Assembly (NCBI GenBank): GCA_025603075.1
Contig: MU626277.1
Span: 3,680 to 67,679 of the forward strand
Direction: 5' to 3'
Origin: Neoconidiobolus thromboides FSU 785
Taxonomy: Eukaryota; Fungi; Entomophthoromycota
Length of the DNA stretch: 64,000 bases
Shown here: one piece after another, positions 37,181 to 49,156 of the stretch
Layout: each line of letters starts with the position of its first letter
Numbering within the stretch: the stretch's first letter is position 1
Program-made: the position numbers and the translations under genes
Notes under the pieces: model-generated
Databases searched by the model: none
What the model was told of the DNA's origin: nothing
What the model saw: the letters and a program-made list of their open reading frames with translations, nothing else

Positions 37181-37651
37181 TAGATAAGATGGAGGATTAA
37201 TTTAAAGTAAAAGATAAAAGATAAAGATATTTTTTAATTAAATAATTTTTTAAGTGTTTGTGATTTAAAATTAAAAGTTTGGGTTAATCTTAGTTTACTT
37301 TTTAATTAGTGTAATAATTAATCTTATATTAATTTAGTTAATATAGATAAATGTATTTAAGTTTCTTAAGACGAAGGAGTACAGCAATAGAAACTTGATG
37401 CTTCTTTCCTTCTAGTCACGCATCTTTAACCAAAGAATCTAAAATATGAAAACACATTCAAACATCAAAAAGTTTCATTCTACCTTACCTGTAAATAAAA
37501 AAATCACCTATAAGAGCATTTATATTGAAAGAAAACTAACAATTGAAAGTCTGTATGTTTTAATATCAAAAGAAGATATATGCTTAATATTTACTGAGAT
37601 CAATAGCATTTTATTAAGAAACTTTTGGCATGGATTCAGCTATTTAAAGCT

Positions 37652-38466
37652 TCAGCTTTTTTGATCTTCATCAAGGAACTTAAGGTGATTTTGATAGAAC
37701 TCAATAATCTAAAAATACATTAGAATGACCTTAGCTTAGCAAATTTATATATTTACCTTCTGAGGGCACCTTTCATTAACAACTTTAGAGTTATGTGAAG
37801 TATGACATCCATTTTTCCTAATAACCATATTATTTTATCGAAAATAAATCTTAGTTGCCCTACCAAACTATATAAACAATAAGCTCGCCTTTTGAATTAC
37901 GTTCAATAGTTTCAATTTCAACTACTTCACTTTCCCAATCCTCTAGATCTTCTGGAGGATAATTGTGAGTAAGCTCAATCCCATTCTCTTCCAAGTCTTT
38001 ATCTTTATTTTCCGCCGTTGTTTTACGCTTTTTACTTATTTGTGTTTTAGACCCACTATCTTTGCCCTTATTTTTACCTTTCCAATAATCGTCAAGTAAA
38101 TCTTTACTTAAACTATTTTTGAATATTAGATTCCGTTTTAATCTTCATTTTAAAAGCAACTCACATATTATCTTCGTCCTCCCAAGTATTTTCTTCATGT
38201 GGAAACCCTTGCCATTTTATTAAATATTGATATCCACCCTTTTATTATTAAATTTTTAACTTCAATCCTTTTACTAATATCAGAACCCTTACCCTTTTAA
38301 TCTTTTTATGTTCCAAAATCGCTTCTACTATATAAACTTCTTCATCCTCTTCACCTTCTTCAACTTGATTTTTATCACTTTTTTCTTCATCTCCAATTTC
38401 AACTACTACGCTCTTATCTATGGCTTCTTTCTCAACTGGTGTATTGGCTTGATTGTTCGTCATCAT
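37652..38466 (-). CDS. HP1: Heterochromatin protein 1 / Swi6 (chromo + chromoshadow domains), spliced
   Basis: EEDEEVYIVEAILEH…YLIKWQGFPHEENTWEDEDN, basic hinge, then ELIVYIVW…KVVNERCPQKIIEFYQNHLKF. Confidence 0.88.
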
Positions 38467-39204
38467 TGTTAGACAAACGAAATGCTCTTTTTTGCTCTTT
38501 ATTTTTTACTGAAAATATGATCCAACTTTTGACCAATTATATTCCCGAAATTTGATAGAGAGCTTCGCCAATTAAATGATTGGAAGCAGAAGTTGGTATG
38601 AAGTGAGAATTTATGGACTTTTTAAGGGGAGAGCTAAATATTATTATTATTATAGTAGGGACATACTTTTTCAGTGGATTTTTTAGTTAAATGGACTTTT
38701 AATTAAAATTGAGCATTTTAATTGAAATTTCAATTTTTTGCCAATAGTCTGTTCAAAGGTTAAAATTTTATTTTATAATGTGAATTCTAATTTTAAAACA
38801 ATAAAGTAAAGCTTCAAGGATTTGTTTTAAAAATAAATTTTTATTAAAAAATAATTACTATGAAAGTTGTGGGAATTTAAATAGCATATATTGTTAATAA
38901 AGAAAGCGTTTAAATAAAAGTAAGAAAAGTCTATAAAGAATTTATATGTATAATTATTTTTTTAAAGTATAGTTAATTTCAACACCAAATATTCCTCATA
39001 TGTAAAAATAAAGCTATATCTAATTCTATACCCTATCATTAGTTTTCTAGTGAAAAAACTAAGAGCATTTATGAGATTTCGATACAAAATAAATTAAAAA
39101 GTTTAATAAAGTAGTAATATATTAAATTAATTATTTAATCTGTTTTGTTAACAAAGCACTCAGGAACTAACACCCTTCGAAAGATATTGAAAATAATAAT
39201 ATAT

Positions 39205-39302
39205 GGGGTTATATTTTTATATTCAAGAATTTTAGTGATAGTTTTTCTACTTAAATAGCGCTTAAAAGATGGAAAAAATGATGAACCCAAAAAAACACCC
39301 CC
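39205..39302 (-). mobile_element. MITE family A
   Basis: ATAT|GGGGTTATATTTTT…AAAAAAACACCCCC|ATAT, 98 bp. Confidence 0.85.
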
Positions 39303-39444
39303 ATATTGTTAGACTTTAACCAATAATTATAACTTAAGCTTAGGATGTCCAGATAGTGTGTCTCAAATAAGACGATATGATTGGCTAATTTTCAATATTC
39401 AAGTTGCTCAGTTTTTTAAAATAGTGTTTGAGTAAAAATAATAT

Positions 39445-39533
39445 GGGGGTGTTTTTTAGCTTCATTACTTTTTCCATTTTTAAGCGCTATTTGAGTGAAA
39501 AGTGTTGGTAAAATTTTTAACAAATACATCTCC
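39445..39533 (+). mobile_element. MITE family A (short internal deletion)
   Basis: ATAT|GGGGGTGTTTTTTAGCTTCATTACTTTTTCC…AAATACATCTCC|ATAT. Confidence 0.85.
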
Positions 39534-40345
39534 ATATATATCTAATTAATGTAGGGATTTTTTATTTGTAAATTGCATTTTTATAAAAGTAAATTACATG
39601 AAATTCAAGTTTTAGAAACTAAAAAATTAGTCAGCAACTCAAAATAACACCAATCATGATAGTAATTACTTAGTTTGAAGGTTTTATATTAATTTGTTTT
39701 ATGGCATGCTATACTTCAAAAAGTATGTCACATACTATTCAGACACTCTAAATTTAAGTTTATTTAGTGTCTTATTTTGTATTTTTCTATAATAGCTTGA
39801 TTGATATAAAATAAAACTATTAATAAAATAATGAAATAATTACGTATGTGCATATTTTAATTTATAAAAAAGAGTTAATGATAATCCAATTAAAATTGGT
39901 TTTTAAGAATATAATTGCCCTTATTCTTAAAATTATAAAAATTTTACTTGGCATCTATGTCTATTACATTTATTAAAACAAAAGTAGATGTATGATGATT
40001 TACAAAATAAAAATAAATATGGATAGCTTTTTTTAGTAGCACAATTAGATTTTTATCTAAGTCTTTGTTAATACTATACCAATCACCATAACATAATACT
40101 GCTAATCTACATAATGTTACTTTGGAATAATTAAATAAGCTAGCTAATTAATGTTCTTATGTTTAAAAGTGTATAAACAATTAAAAGTAATAACTTCCAC
40201 TTTATTCCTGATAATTTTATTAATTTAAATTTAATAACATAAATATATTTTATATATATTATAATAAATGGTTATATAGTTAAAATCGCTTGCCAAATTT
40301 TATCATCCTAATTCGTTAATATCTTACTTAATAACTAACCACTTG

Positions 40346-41656
40346 TTAAGCCAATGATTTTATTGAACTAAAATAAAATGAATTAGTATCGTTCATAATT
40401 TGTGTGACAACATAACAATTACCTTCTTCTATGATTAGTTTCTGACAAACCTAGGCCTTCTTCATCAAAAGGTTTATAAAGATCTTCTTCATGTACTGAA
40501 CCATTTCTATAAATCTGTGTACAATTTTCTCTTTCTAAAGTATCTGGTGTAGTCAATGGATTATAATCCGAGTTATTAGTGTCATTTAATAAAAACACAC
40601 CAGAAAAGATAACTAAAAAACCAATTAGTAAAGAGACCGCTTCAACAGGGGTAGCATCTTCGAAACCTCTGAAGAAGATAACTGAAGCAGTTAAGGTAGC
40701 TGTTGTAAAAAATACATAATAAATGGGAGTAACTACATTGGTTGAAAAGGTATCTAATGCCTTATTAAAATAATTCATTTGAGTAAGAATACATAAACCA
40801 GTAGTAATAGCAAAGATATAAGTAGCTGGGTTCCATAATTGGTTATTCCCAGACAATGTAAGTTTTAACGCAATACCAAACCCTTTGGATGCCATAACAG
40901 TAATGGAACCTATTAATGAACATATTGAAATATAAACCAAGGGATATTTCTTTCCATATTTTGGTCCATAATAATAGATCATAACTAAACAAAAAGCAAG
41001 TACTAATAATGAATAAGTAACAAAGGCTAAAAAATAAACAATTAATAAAAAATAGACTATAGATTAACAACAAAAGTTACCAGGATGCACAGCATAAGCC
41101 ACAATTTCATTAATGTCTTGAATCGTTTTATCTTTAGGGGCATGTAACACAATAATAATAGAACCAAGGATACATAAAGCACAACCTACTTTACCAGTAC
41201 TATCTAATTTTTCTTTTAATATTACAGAAGCTAAAATAGCGCTTTTTGAAAAGTAATGCTTAGTTTTTTGTATAGATAGAATTATGTTATCTTACCCAAT
41301 AATCACACTTAATGCTCCTAAGGGAGTTACTAATATAGCGGGTGCAAATGAATAAGCAGCAAAATTTGCTACTTCACCAAAAGCCACTACAGAATAAAGT
41401 TAATATTGTGATTTTACTAATACAAGTGTCATTTACTTGTTGATAGGCCAATCCACCAAATACCATTTTTTAAATAAGAATAAGCATGAGCGTCACCGCC
41501 TAATAGAAAGTCTATTTAACAAAGATAATTTATAATGTTTTATAAAGTACCGTTCTGTGTTGAATCAATCAACCCCATCTTAGTGACTACAAAAGATATA
41601 CCAATCATACAACTTGAAACTAAAGCTAGTATTAAACCAATGTATTTGTCTTCCAT
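40346..41656 (-). CDS. NIPA-family magnesium transporter, spliced
   Basis: [73 protein letters not shown] short last exon ends SIKSLA*. Confidence 0.93.
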
Positions 41657-43394
41657 AATATATATCGAATTTTATATAAAAAAAGATTGAAATATTGAAA
41701 AACTAATAATCTAACAAATAAATAAACAAAAAACAAAAGATTAAATTAATTGATTTTAAACTATTTTTTTAAATCTATTTGATCATTGCCATTATGATTC
41801 TTTTATTTTTATCTCTTAGTTTATTTAATTTCCTTGAACCCCACTTATTCAAGCTTCTTCTCCATCCTCAATACAGAAATCAAAGCCAATGAAATTTGGC
41901 CTATCTTCCATGAAATCTTTTAAAAGCCAGTTTCTTACGGCTGTTATATCTCTATTGTAACTCAGTTTGCTGCTATTTTTATAGCCAGTTATTTATTTGA
42001 TTTTTTTGAAGTGTGGTCTTTAAATTTTAACTAATTATACAAACTTTATACTAAATGAACATTTACTTAAGTCGTAATAGAACTACAATAGCTTTAGAAA
42101 TTTCTTTTTTGATAAGCCTTTTTTTAACAAATTTCAATGCCATTGTTAAGCTTCCAAAGTATTTATTGGCTATAAAAAGGTCACCACTTGACTAGGACTA
42201 TTAATAAATGAAAATGACAGAATTGACTACCATGAATAGCTTTTTTTAGAGATTGAAATTAGTATTAATTAATTAGACAAAGGTCAGCAAAGTTTGGCAG
42301 CTTGATGTTTGAGGTGCCTATATTTGGCTTATTAACTTCTTTAATATTTAATTCTTCTAAAAAGAAATTGATAAATATTTTTATTGAATTTTTCAAACTT
42401 TATTATACAAATTCTTTGACTTTAGAGGCTATTTAATACAAATTATAAAAACTATATGACATGATAAGATGGTTAAAGAAGATTCCATGGCAAGAACTAA
42501 ATATTCATAAAACAAGCACTCACCTTAACCTAAGATTGACCCATTTTTAAGGAGTATTTATTTAGTGACGAATTGTTTTGACTTTTTTTGGCGATTTTTT
42601 ATAATTAAATTATATTTACTATTTTAAAGTATGATCATTATATCAAGCATAATTCCAATATATATTTTTTCTTAAATGAGAAATTAACTAGACCCCAAAA
42701 GGGTTGCAACAGTTACAATTGACTCTGAAACTAGGTTTTAGTTTTATTACTAAAATTGTTACATAAATCGAAACTTTATAGCTAGTGTTAGGATACAATC
42801 AATCTGCCCAATTGTTAATAACATTATTTATAATTGCTAGTAATTGAGTAAACTGCTTGAGCTTTGACATCAACTCAAAAACTTCAATTTCTATTAATTA
42901 AAGAATTTCTTAGTTTAGTTTAAAATAAAAATAAAAATAAAAATTGTTTCTATCAAGAAAAATGATACATTTAATATTCTAGAAACAACAGGGTATTATC
43001 CTTGTTAATTTCGTTTATAAATATAATTTTAATTTATTTTTAAAATAATAGGTTGGTTTTTAAACATTTTAATAGTTTCAGCTTTTGATGTTATTAACTT
43101 ATTCAAGAGACTCTTTTTAAAGTTCAAGAATATGTCTTAAATATTCAATTTGGAGAACATATTTAACGTTAATAATTTAAAATAATAATAGTTTTAATTT
43201 TCAGTTAAAACATTTATAGTAACCTTTAATTACAATTTAGACAAAAAGATAATAAATACGTCTATTTAAGTCAATATAAACAGAACTCAACCCAATAATG
43301 CTACTTGTTAACCGTAATCGCATGTCAACTTCCAATCATTTGATTCATCAACTCCAAATAGCAAAAAGCCTCTCACAGCCAACAAATTGGCAAA

Positions 43395-46268
43395 CTAACT
43401 ACTCTGACATTTCATAAATATCAAATTCTGATAAAGCCTTTTGATCTATCGAATTATCAACTTCAGAATCTACTACTTTACCTTCAAATAGATAATTGAC
43501 TTCCCCTTTTAGTGCCTTATTTAACATGGTATTTGCGTTTTGATACACTTTTTTACCCCTTGGTATAACTGTTTCATTCTAAAGTTTTTAAAGTTTAAAT
43601 AGAACTTCTAATATATATAAATTAAACTTACATCTTCTGCTTCCAATGCTTTTTTATATCGTTCTATATATGTGATTCCTTTATTGCCGCTAGGAGCACC
43701 TTGTTCTTTTATTATTTTTTGTGTTTCTTTTAATATCCCATTTTGCTATTTTGATATTAACTAATATTAAGTTAAATTAAAATCGTACTTACTTTGGCAT
43801 TTTTTACATTCGATGTCTGATTGTATAGTTCTTTTTTATTCACACTTAAATCAATCTTGTTTGTTTTCTTGTATATCCATAATTAGTAAAAGTTGAGTTT
43901 ATGATGATATAAATGAAGTACCTTAGCAGCTTTAGGCTTCTTTGTAGCCACTTTCTTATCCTTTGGAGATATAACATCAGGCTCTAAAGACTGTTGGATA
44001 TTTATAGAATTAAAGCTCAAATTAATTTTACCTTCTTTTTTTCTTTTCATGCCTTTATTATTGTGGACTCTTGTCTAAAATAACATTAATATAGTCTGAA
44101 TTGAGATGTTAGAATTTACTTCTCTCAGCACTGGTTTTTGAGTAGTAGTTGAATCTTCCAAAAAACCTTGATCTTTTTTACTTCTAGAGCGTCTTTTCCT
44201 AGTATTCCTTGCCTCCATAGTATTATTCGCCTCATTTACTAATAAACCAATTAACTATTTCCCTTTTATAACTTGAGTAGCTTACAAATACAAACTTTAT
44301 TTCCTCCCCAAGAAAATTTTAAAGATATAGCTTTTGGTAGTTCTTTTTCTTCATTTTTCCAATATTCTAATGGCTTTATAACAGCCCTACCTGATCTTGT
44401 TCTTCTTATATTTCCTGATTCTTTGTCATTTTTTTGTTTTTCAATCAATTCTTGTAATTTCAAATTACGTTTGGTTGAGTTGACTATAAATAAATTAGTA
44501 TGTAACTATTATTTTTAAAATGTATTACTATCATTGGTCAGTAAATTATTTGTTGTATTTTCATCTTTTTCAGCAAACTTTGTTTTGTTTGATTCTATAA
44601 TATAGTTAGTATAATATTATGACATGTAAAATGACCATTACTATTTGAAAGAGATGCTGGTTTCTTACCATTTAATTGAGGCGATTCTGATTGTGTATCA
44701 TCATTTAAATTGGTAAAATTATCACCTAGATTCAATTCATTCAAGTTAAAGTCCTCTCCAGGATTGGTAACTTTAGCTATCATGGGCTTTAAACAGCGTC
44801 TTTTATTTTTGGCCTTTATCTCATTTTGCTTTGATTCATTTTGATTATTAGCTACCCTTACACCTGGTTTCTTATTTGTCTTAACCAAATCTATGATATA
44901 TAATTAGATTGATATTACAAAAAATAATATAAGTACTATTAGTTAAAGAGGATGCTGTTTTTTTAGTATTTAATTGAGTTGGTTTCAATTTGATGTTCTT
45001 ATTTGAATTGACAAAATCATCATCTAAAATAATTAATCTTCAAAATGTATAAATGTTGATAACACTAACCTGAGTCATCAACTAAATTTAATTTGAATGA
45101 ATCAAAGTCTTCTTTGATTTCAGGAATTTTAGCTATCATAGGCTTTAAAATATGCCTTTTATTTATATGTTTTATCTCGACTTGAATTTTTTTATCCGAA
45201 CTATTAGATCGCCCTGTACCTGACTTTGTATTTACTTTGTTTGAATATTTATTTACATTGCCCAAATTGGACGCTGGTAAATTTTCTGGGATTTCTTTGT
45301 TTAAAATTGTATGTTCTTTTTTTAATACTCTTTTACCTGTATTTATAGCAATATTCTCTTTTGGTGCCATATTTGTATCCTTACTCAATGGTGTATTTCC
45401 TATTATTGCCTCTTTTTTATTTTTAAGTAATGAAGTATGCTCTTTTTTTGACAATTTTTCACCTTTATTTGATGTAATCTTCTCTTTTGATATAGTCCTT
45501 TTATCTTTATTTAAAAATGGGCCCTCTTTGGTCATCACACTACTCTCTTTATTTAGTGTTATATCTGGTTTCATCGTCAATTGTTGATCCTTATTTATAA
45601 CTGAATGTAATAAACCCATGCCAATATTTAAGCTTATCCCTTTACTTTTTTCCTCACTCATATTTAAGTTGTACTTCTTCAAAATATCTATTGTATCCTT
45701 TTTTGATGACTCAATTGGCTTGTCAACATTACTCCAGTCATTTTCTTCAATCGATGGATATTTGCTTAAATTAGAACTTGAATTACTTATATTCATGCTT
45801 GATGAACTCTGCTTCTCTTTATTCATTCGTATTTTCCTCTAAACAACCATAAATATATATAATAAATTGACTAATCCAGCTTACTATATTCAATGGCTCT
45901 ACGCTTCTTTCAAATGTTTCATATGTATTCCTAACCATCTAAAAAATTTAACTTCTTTCAAAACATCCAAAAATAAGGCTTACTATAGGCATTGGACTTT
46001 CCATGGCCAACCTTTCAAATGCATCAAAATTGTTTAATGAATTTAAAGTTTTTAAAGGTTCAATAGAAGGGTAGTTGAATGATGTTTTTGACGTTGTATT
46101 GAATTTACCGCTTTCGATTTCGCTACTTTTAGAATAAGGATCTTGCTGAGAAGGTTGCATGCTCTCATTATCTGGGTTTATTTTTGGCAATATAGAAGGA
46201 AATGAGTAAGAGGCGTCTAATTGAAATAACGCATCCACTGGTAAGTTGCCTTTGAAATTATTCTTCAT
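43395..46268 (-). CDS. Low-complexity basic protein with CENP-C motif (CENP-C/Mif2- or KNL2/M18BP1-like), spliced
   Basis: Exon chain from MKNNFKGN to …DIMKCQSS*, containing RRTRSGRAVIKPLEYWKNE. No cupin or SANTA domain recognised. Confidence 0.7.
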
Positions 46269-46368
46269 GGTTGGATGTTCGTTAATTATCTAGTAGTGAA
46301 AATTTTTAAATTGGTTTATTAAAATTAGAGATTAAGTAAAAATAATGGGGATAGTTAAATGTCTTTTA

Positions 46369-46405
46369 AGCCAATGAGTAAAAGCTATTCTCTATAGCCA
46401 ATCAG
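46369..46405 (+). promoter_or_regulatory. Two CCAAT boxes in the divergent promoter of the CENP-C-motif and LisH genes
   Basis: AGCCAATGAG and AGCCAATCAG about 27 bp apart. CCAAT also occurs in other divergent spacers (about 10802, 21012, 61864). Confidence 0.35.
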
Positions 46406-46892
46406 ATGATCAGCTCGAATTTCCAACAAAATGACTGCTCAAATGTTCAAAATAGATTTAACGCACAATATCTGGTACATTAAATAATTAGATGCTTATT
46501 GGTTTAAGGATCAGAACCAAAAAGTATTATTTTTGCTAATTTAAGCCTTAAGGGCTATTCTTAATACACCAATAGCTACATTATATATAATGTATAGCTA
46601 CTATTACTATAAATCATATATAGTCATATGTAAATATAGGAATAGCAACAAAAAAATAATCAAGGATATACTAGTTATAAGAATAATAATATAACATCTA
46701 ATTGAAATTGTCCTGTTTTAATTCCTTATAACTTCTCATTTTATTTTTTGGTTGAGGTTCAGAGGATTTTGATCATTGGCCAATAAATTTTTTGAAATGA
46801 TTAAGCATTATATTGCTGTTATTTAAAAAAAAGAGTGCTTTGTCATACCAAGGTTAATATTTTTAACATAGTTTGAACCTAAACATTAAAAG

Positions 46893-48582
46893 ATGAATCA
46901 TGTCAAAAAACCTATGCATGAGGACCCAGAGAAAGCGTAGGATTGCTATTAATCATTTTAAATTTTTACCTACTAAAATAGTTTAGATTACTGCATCTAT
47001 GAATATTTAGTTAAAAAGAAATGTTTTTCAGCTGCTGAAGCTTTTTTAATGGAAAAAAAGATCGACAAAGAAACTGCTTCAAATACCAACGATGATTCCG
47101 AACCTTCCATTTTAGATTTTTGGGAGCCTTTTCATGTGATGTATGCAGGCTATAAAAAAGTAGGCTATGAAAGGCCTGAGTTAGCTGCTTTTTTTCAGGT
47201 AGTTTTTAACAGCTTTAATTGACTTTTCCATTAATAATCAATCTAATTAGGCAGAAGAACAAAGCAATATCACCTTTGAAAAAATAAGAGAAGCAATAAA
47301 AAATAAATCGAAAAACGAAACTACTGATGAAGCAGTAAGGAAATTAAGATATGGCTCACCAAATAAAAAACCCTTTTCAGAAAATGGTTCAAAAAGGAAG
47401 TCTACAACTCCATTGAGTCAAAGTGAACCTACAAAAAACAACAGTGCTTCTACACCTATAATGTCTTCAATCTTAAGTGCATCTAACAATGAAAAATCAG
47501 AAGGGACTACTACTTTATCATCTCAAAATATAATGACTATTTCACTCCCACCACAAACACTTCCTATAACAAGTTGGGATAATTTGCAGGCGGATTCGAA
47601 AGATTTGACGACAACCGGATTGGGTATTGATCAGGCAATGAGTAATCCAGAAATGCTAATAAATCAATCTATACAAATGGGCGATATGAGTGGGCAAATG
47701 CAAGGTAATTTGATGGTACAAAATGTAGCTAACTTGAATGCACAACAACAATATGTAGCTTCACAACATGCTTTGCATCGACATCAATTAAAAAGACAAG
47801 GCACCAACCCAAATATAATACCACCTCTAGTTGCTGCTATTCCACCTCAAATGAGACCAAATATGGGTGTCATGATAAATAATAATAACATCAACCTTCC
47901 ACTTCAACGAGATGTGTTTACACAGCATCATAAACAGGTTCAATTTTTAAAGATACAACAATTCAGAGCCCGACAACAGTTATTTGTTCAGCCACAAGGA
48001 TTTGGTCATGGTTTAATGCAAAATGTAGGAGGCAGTAATCCATTGTTACAGCAACAATTTAATCAGATGCAAATGTTAAATCAATTTCCACAACAAAACC
48101 AGATGGATATGATGCAGAGTAGCTTCCCTATTCCACACCATGATGTGTTTGCTTCCATACCCGATATCCCCATCGATTTTAACACCCAGCTGAATCCCAA
48201 CAATTTATCAATATCATCTAGTGAAAATCAAACGACAATGAGCAATTTTTCAAATGGGCTACAGAACGACCCATTACTAACAAACTCCATCATATCGCAG
48301 GAACATAATGGTATACTACAGAAAGAGATGAATAGTAAACCCGATAATTTAGGCAGTTCAGATAGTTATCAAGGCCCTACAATCAATGGAATGAAATGTG
48401 ATCCAGTTCGTACCGATTTGGAAGAAATAGAAGATTTTGAAAGGTATATCAATAGTGCACCCTTTATACCTAATTTTAATGGTGGTAATATTAATGGAAA
48501 TAATATCAATGGAAACAGCCATCTGAATGGCAATGGTCAGATGGGTGGTAAAAATGGGAGTGAAGGTCCTAGGAATGTTTAG
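46893..48582 (+). CDS. LisH/LUFS-domain Q/N/M-rich transcriptional regulator (Flo8/Som1/SSDP-like), 2 introns
   Basis: EDPEKA|LDYCIYEYLVKKKCFSAAEAFLME…PSILDFWEPFHVMY, followed by a Q/M/N-rich tail. Confidence 0.75.
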
Positions 48583-49156
48583 GAATCGTTTGAGTGTTTA
48601 CCATTGTAAGTAGATGTTTTTGAACGCTGATTTGAAATAACTAATTATTATTATTTTAGTTGAGATAAGCTTGAGATTTGATTATAACCTTATAATACAG
48701 CTTTATTAAATTTGGCTCCAATTGTATTATCTAAAAGTATGATTAATTATATCAACTTTTTTTGTTTTTTTGTTGCGACTTATTATATTTGCATTTTGTT
48801 TGCTTAAATTTTTAGCTAAATAAATATTACTGAAATATTTATATTTTGATGTTTAGTTTTTTGAAACTTTTGAGATAAGACTAAATGAGTTTTAGTGAGT
48901 GAGATATAAAAAAAATTGATTAGTCTTTGCTAGTTGTCCTATGAGCTTTTAGTTAATAAATTCAAGCTAGGTTTTTAGATGCATGTATAGGTTTTTATTA
49001 AAAATAGTAGATTAACCAATTCTGTAAACACATTAAAATCATTATAAATTACAGCTAGATTATACCGTTATACTAAAAATGAGTAGAAGAATTTAATAAT
49101 GAACTAATTTTACTGATTTAGAAAACAATTAAAAAGTAGCTATTACATACCATTCA

